Origin: a virus
Strand: one strand, 5' to 3'
Virus record (IMG/VR): IMGVR_UViG_3300042445_001340
Span: 4,668 to 68,667 of that record
Length of the DNA stretch: 64,000 nt
Under the pieces are notes generated by a model, which saw only the letters and a list, made by a program, of their open reading frames with translations, was not told the DNA's origin and searched no databases. Numbering within the stretch: position 1 is the first letter of the stretch; each line of letters starts with the position of its first letter. Positions 60,413-64,000 of the stretch are shown here, one piece after another. The position numbers and the translations under genes are program-made.

Positions 60413-61086
60413 TGCGTGTTAAAATCGGACCTTACCCACACTGGTGGGGGCCCTATCAAATTGCAGAAGCACTTTGTTTTTGGGCAAAACCTGTAGCCGA
60501 CGAGTATGGTATTAAGTCGAAGCCTGACTGGGTTCACGACTTTGGTACTTGGCTAAGCGAAAATCGTGATGGTTCGGACAGTTGGCTTCTTAAAACCTGT
60601 CAGTGGATTCAAGACAAGCGTAAACGTTACATTTACGTTAAAATCGACAACTACGATGTGTGGGGTGCTGACCACACACTGAGCTTGATTGCACTGCCGC
60701 TGTTGCAAAAACTCAAAGAACACAAGCATGGCTCGCCGTGTGTGGATGACAGCGATGTGCCTGAAGGCATGGGACTACGCAGCACAGAAGCGCCACCTAC
60801 CGAAAATGCTTGGGACACCGACGACAACTTTCATGATCGTTGGAATTGGGTCTTAGACGAAATTATCTGGGCACATCGTCAAGAAGCACTTGGCGACCCT
60901 GATAGTGAGGCTTGCTGGACTCACGATGTACCAGACGCCAACTGGCCTTTTCCAAGTACCAAGACTAGCATTGACAAAATGTTGGGCAATATCACCTGTG
61001 ATGACGTTGCACTGGAAGCCTTTACAAAGCGTAAGCAAAACGGCTTCCGCTTATTTGGTAAATACTACCAAGCACTGTGGGATTAA
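60412..61086 (+). CDS. Conserved phage protein
   Basis: KIDNYDVW.ADHTL...RWNWVLDEIIWA...GFRLFGKYYQALWD. Confidence 0.75.
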   Translation: MRVKIGPYPHWWGPYQIAEALCFWAKPVADEYGIKSKPDWVHDFGTWLSENRDGSDSWLLKTCQWIQDKRKRYIYVKIDNYDVWGADHTLSLIALPLLQKLKEHKHGSPCVDDSDVPEGMGLRSTEAPPTENAWDTDDNFHDRWNWVLDEIIWAHRQEALGDPDSEACWTHDVPDANWPFPSTKTSIDKMLGNITCDDVALEAFTKRKQNGFRLFGKYYQALWD

Positions 61087-61088
61087 CT

Positions 61089-61322
61089 ATGACACTACTT
61101 TCTATTCTAGCATTAGTATGCGTGGTAACCATTGTTGGCGGGCTTGTGTGGTGGGCGATCCATGATCGTGAACTAAACTGCAGCAACAACGGGTGTACTG
61201 GTGACTGTGACCAAGGTCGTTGTTGCACTTGTGTGCCTAGCCCAGAGACTCAACGCCGTTACCAGCTTGAAGATGAGTTTAATGGAGCTAACTGGCCTTT
61301 TCCAACTAAGCCCAAACCATAA
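61089..61322 (+). CDS. Membrane-anchored Cys-rich protein
   Basis: TM then CTGDCDQGRCCTC. Confidence 0.6.
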   Translation: MTLLSILALVCVVTIVGGLVWWAIHDRELNCSNNGCTGDCDQGRCCTCVPSPETQRRYQLEDEFNGANWPFPTKPKP

Positions 61323-61421
61323 ATGTTGTTTTTAAGCAACAAATTTTAGCCACAAGTGTTTTACTGCACTTGTGGCTTTTGCATTTCTGCGGTATAATAT
61401 ATTATATAACAGGACAAAACC

Positions 61422-61628
61422 ATGACACTAGACGACTTAATTTTTAAACTGGATGTAATTCGTGCTCAAGCTGGGCACGGCAACTTGCAAGTGCTATTCC
61501 GCGACCCTGGTTTAGGTATGTTGTATGATGAAATCAACCCATACTTAAACAAAGTACTGCCAAACGACAACTTGGACATTTACAGTGCTTTTGACCTACA
61601 ACTCAACAATTACTACGTGGAGATTTAA
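61422..61628 (+). CDS. Hypothetical protein
   Basis: Promoter and SD agga upstream. Confidence 0.55.
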   Translation: MTLDDLIFKLDVIRAQAGHGNLQVLFRDPGLGMLYDEINPYLNKVLPNDNLDIYSAFDLQLNNYYVEI

Positions 61629-61629
61629 C

Positions 61630-61845
61630 ATGAACGAACGAATTCAAAAACTTGCTAGAGAGGCTGCTTTGGCCGAAGGCTGGGGACCCGGAGTTTGGCA
61701 AACCACATTTACTGAAAAGTTCGCCGAGTTGATTGTGCGGGAATGTATGGAACAAGTTTTCTATACAATAGAAGATCAAGAACAGGATAATATTTCTGGT
61801 AGTGTCAGAGATAGGATTAAAGAACATTTCGGAGTTGAAGAATGA
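61630..61845 (+). CDS. Small ...HFGVEE family protein
   Basis: MNERIQKLA...EKFAELIVREC...IKEHFGVEE. Confidence 0.65.
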   Translation: MNERIQKLAREAALAEGWGPGVWQTTFTEKFAELIVRECMEQVFYTIEDQEQDNISGSVRDRIKEHFGVEE

Positions 61846-62074
61846 GTAAACGAACTGGCTTAATCGTATGGGCAATCACAGCCTTAGCGTTTCACGTTGC
61901 GGCATTTACATTGGCTTATTTGGGATTATTGAAATGAACGAACTTACCAGACCACTGCCTCCAAAGGCAAGACTAATATGTGACGCATGTGGTACTATTG
62001 GCGAGGATGGAACGCACAATAGTATAATTTGCAGGTTTTTCCAATGGCTAGATAACACATTTCGGAGTTGAAGA

Positions 62075-62278
62075 ATGAAATTTTATAACAGACCAAGTAT
62101 TTACACCAACTTAAAACAATACTGCCACCACGCCGACTCAGATGCTGTTATCGACGTGTGTGAATGGGCCAACGGCGAAGGCTGGGATATTTCAATCGGC
62201 CAAAAGCTGGTTGCACTCACACACGGCGAACTGCAAGCAATCCTAGTGCTTTGCAACACACCACATCCACGAGGCTAA
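62075..62278 (+). CDS. Hypothetical protein
   Basis: EWANGEGWDI motif. Confidence 0.6.
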   Translation: MKFYNRPSIYTNLKQYCHHADSDAVIDVCEWANGEGWDISIGQKLVALTHGELQAILVLCNTPHPRG

Positions 62279-62279
62279 T

Positions 62280-62558
62280 ATGCAACAAATTGTAATCAAC
62301 ACGCAACACGGCGGGTTTGGTGTTTCAGAAATGGGATGTGCCAGATACCGTGAAATCTGTGGTAAAGAACTAGACGAGTACACGGTCAAACGCAACGATT
62401 TGGACTTAGTATTAACTATTCTTACCCTAGGCAGTGAACAAAGCAGTGGCCGTTATGCTAAACTAAAAATTGTGGAAGTTCCTGATGATGTTGAGTGGGC
62501 AATTCATGAATATGATGGACGTGAGTGGGTTGCTGAAGCTCACCGTACCTGGAGCTAA
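62280..62558 (+). CDS. Conserved phage protein
   Basis: IVINTQHGGFGVS...LKIVEVPDDVEW.I.EYDG.EWVAE.HRTW. Confidence 0.75.
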   Translation: MQQIVINTQHGGFGVSEMGCARYREICGKELDEYTVKRNDLDLVLTILTLGSEQSSGRYAKLKIVEVPDDVEWAIHEYDGREWVAEAHRTWS

Positions 62559-62562
62559 CACA

Positions 62563-62742
62563 ATGATGAAATCTTCAGTAACTTACACACAAGGTGAGCC
62601 CAACACAGTGCCGCCCAGTGTGCAAGTAAAACTATATCGGTTAGTTCAAGACTTGGACCGCACACACAACTTTCACAGCGGTTTAGACCTTTATCGCCAA
62701 ATGTTAACAGTACTAAACAAACACTTTGCAAAACTACCATGA
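62563..62742 (+). CDS. Hypothetical protein
   Basis: Packed ORF. Confidence 0.45.
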   Translation: MMKSSVTYTQGEPNTVPPSVQVKLYRLVQDLDRTHNFHSGLDLYRQMLTVLNKHFAKLP

Positions 62743-63005
62743 CACACCAAATTTGCGATCAGTGTGAAACAGTTGCACACTGCACTAACCACGGATGTAT
62801 TCCACTGCAACCTCACCAAGCACACTACAAAGCTGTGGTTGAGACAGTGCAAGCTGTATTCAACCACAAGCGAGCACAACAACAACCCTACAACCCTGAA
62901 CCAGATGTTCGTGAGCTAGCCAAATGGCTTAACGAAGAACCTAACCGAGACCTCAACCGACAAGCATTAGCACGAGTGCTGGCCTACTACCAAACCCACA
63001 ACTAA
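62739..63005 (+). CDS. Hypothetical protein with an N-terminal Cys/His motif
   Basis: CDQCETVAHCTNHGCIP. Confidence 0.55.
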   Translation: MTHQICDQCETVAHCTNHGCIPLQPHQAHYKAVVETVQAVFNHKRAQQQPYNPEPDVRELAKWLNEEPNRDLNRQALARVLAYYQTHN

Positions 63006-63006
63006 A

Positions 63007-63324
63007 ATGAAAACCACACACCAAATCGCTTATAACTATGCAATGGCCAACATCAAGCAATCGGCTGCTGTTGACCAAATTAACACAGCCCTCCGTGCCT
63101 TAGGGTCGGACAACTACCTGTTCTCAGTTTGCGAGCCACTGGAAAGTGCTTATACCACACTGGTTGCTGACTTGCTAGGCCCAGAATTGTATGACTGGCT
63201 GACCTGGTGGATGTATGAAACCGACAATGGCACACGCCGTATGGAATTCAGCATCAACGGTACAGAATACAACCCACAAGATATCACACTATACCGCTTC
63301 TTGGAGATTGTTGATGCTAGCTAA
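63007..63324 (+). CDS. Hypothetical protein
   Basis: DWLTWWMYETDNG motif. Confidence 0.6.
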   Translation: MKTTHQIAYNYAMANIKQSAAVDQINTALRALGSDNYLFSVCEPLESAYTTLVADLLGPELYDWLTWWMYETDNGTRRMEFSINGTEYNPQDITLYRFLEIVDAS

Positions 63325-63352
63325 ATTACCTCCAACACTACAAACCTAAACA

Positions 63353-63610
63353 ATGAGCTATAAAATTCAATACCTAACAGCCAAACTGCAGGAAGAAGCA
63401 GCCGAGGTAATTCAAGCGGTCAGCAAAATCAACCGTTTTGGTGAACAAAACCATCACCCTGATCGTACTACAACTAACAAACAAGAACTCGTCCAAGAAC
63501 TCGAAGATTTTCTTGCAATTCTCGCAGTTCTTGAACAAGCACAGTGGCTTGATCTGACCCTAAGTCGCCAAAACATTGCCAATAAAGCCAACGCACTACT
63601 CACAGGCTAA
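63353..63610 (+). CDS. MazG-like NTP pyrophosphohydrolase
   Basis: KLQEEAAEVIQAVSKINRFG...ELVQELED. Confidence 0.75.
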   Translation: MSYKIQYLTAKLQEEAAEVIQAVSKINRFGEQNHHPDRTTTNKQELVQELEDFLAILAVLEQAQWLDLTLSRQNIANKANALLTG

Positions 63611-63664
63611 TATGCAACCAGGCTCAAAGAAAATCACAAAATACCTCCAGCAAAAAAATACACC

Positions 63665-63693
63665 TTGCAATTCACCAAAAAGTGTGATACAAT
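63665..63693 (+). promoter_or_regulatory. sigma70-type promoter ahead of a non-coding region
   Basis: TTGCAA-17-TACAAT. Confidence 0.6.
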
Positions 63694-63725
63694 ATATGTA
63701 ATGATCTACTAAACAAGATCTAATG

Positions 63726-63838
63726 TGAAGTTGTTGCAGACAGCGTGTTTCAAAGAATGTGAGTGTTCCCCTTGCCCCTTGCGGCAATTCAACACTCACA
63801 CCTTCTTCAAAACACGGACCTGGATGCCGACAACTTCA
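63726..63838 (+). ncRNA. Candidate rod-shaped ncRNA
   Basis: Nested helices UGAAGUUG/CAACUUCA, CGUGUUU/AAACACG, AAGAA/UUCUU, UGUGAGUGUU/AACACUCACA, UUGCC/GGCAA. Confidence 0.55.
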
Positions 63839-64000
63839 ACAACCTGTATCAAATGATCAAACAGCCAACCTATTTTCTTTTTTAAAGCACTCAATCTAAA
63901 AAAGCTTTACTAATAAATGGTTTGGTTTTTTTTTGCGTTGGTTGATGCAATCCGCCCCACCCTGAACCAATCGCTGCTAGCTTTCCGCCTTTTGCAATTT

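Overview
A 64-kb piece of a lytic T5-like (Demerecviridae-like) phage genome, probably aquatic and infecting a Gram-negative proteobacterium; host and taxonomy are inferred, not shown. It has four blocks. (1) 1-20.2 kb, + strand, late genes: tail proteins, a 2605-aa modular tail fibre with an S74 chaperone, spanins, a GH19 endolysin, a run of secreted/membrane proteins with pilin-like and chaperone-like sequence patterns, and PhoH. (2) 20.2-41.5 kb, - strand, the T5-type replication block: class II RNR, dUTPase, D15, D14, D13, D12, D11, D10, PolA, primase, helicase, D5, split NAD ligase and D3. (3) 41.6-56 kb, - strand, an RNA-rich region: 26 tRNAs covering all 20 amino acids, two aberrant tRNA-like RNAs, a circularly permuted two-piece tmRNA directly upstream of a ClpP-like protease, an HNH gene and a GC-richer adhesin cassette. 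(4) 56-64 kb, + strand, small accessory genes including SleB-like, phosphoesterase, ThyX and MazG-like. The most striking unexplained structure is in the tRNA array. At least eight spacers are closed by 17-21 bp AU-rich stems, six of the form CCAUA...UAUGG. These stems usually pair the CCA end of the upstream tRNA with the first bases of the next RNA or ORF, and each encloses a different structured cargo RNA. All calls are from reading the sequence; no database searches or folding programs were run.
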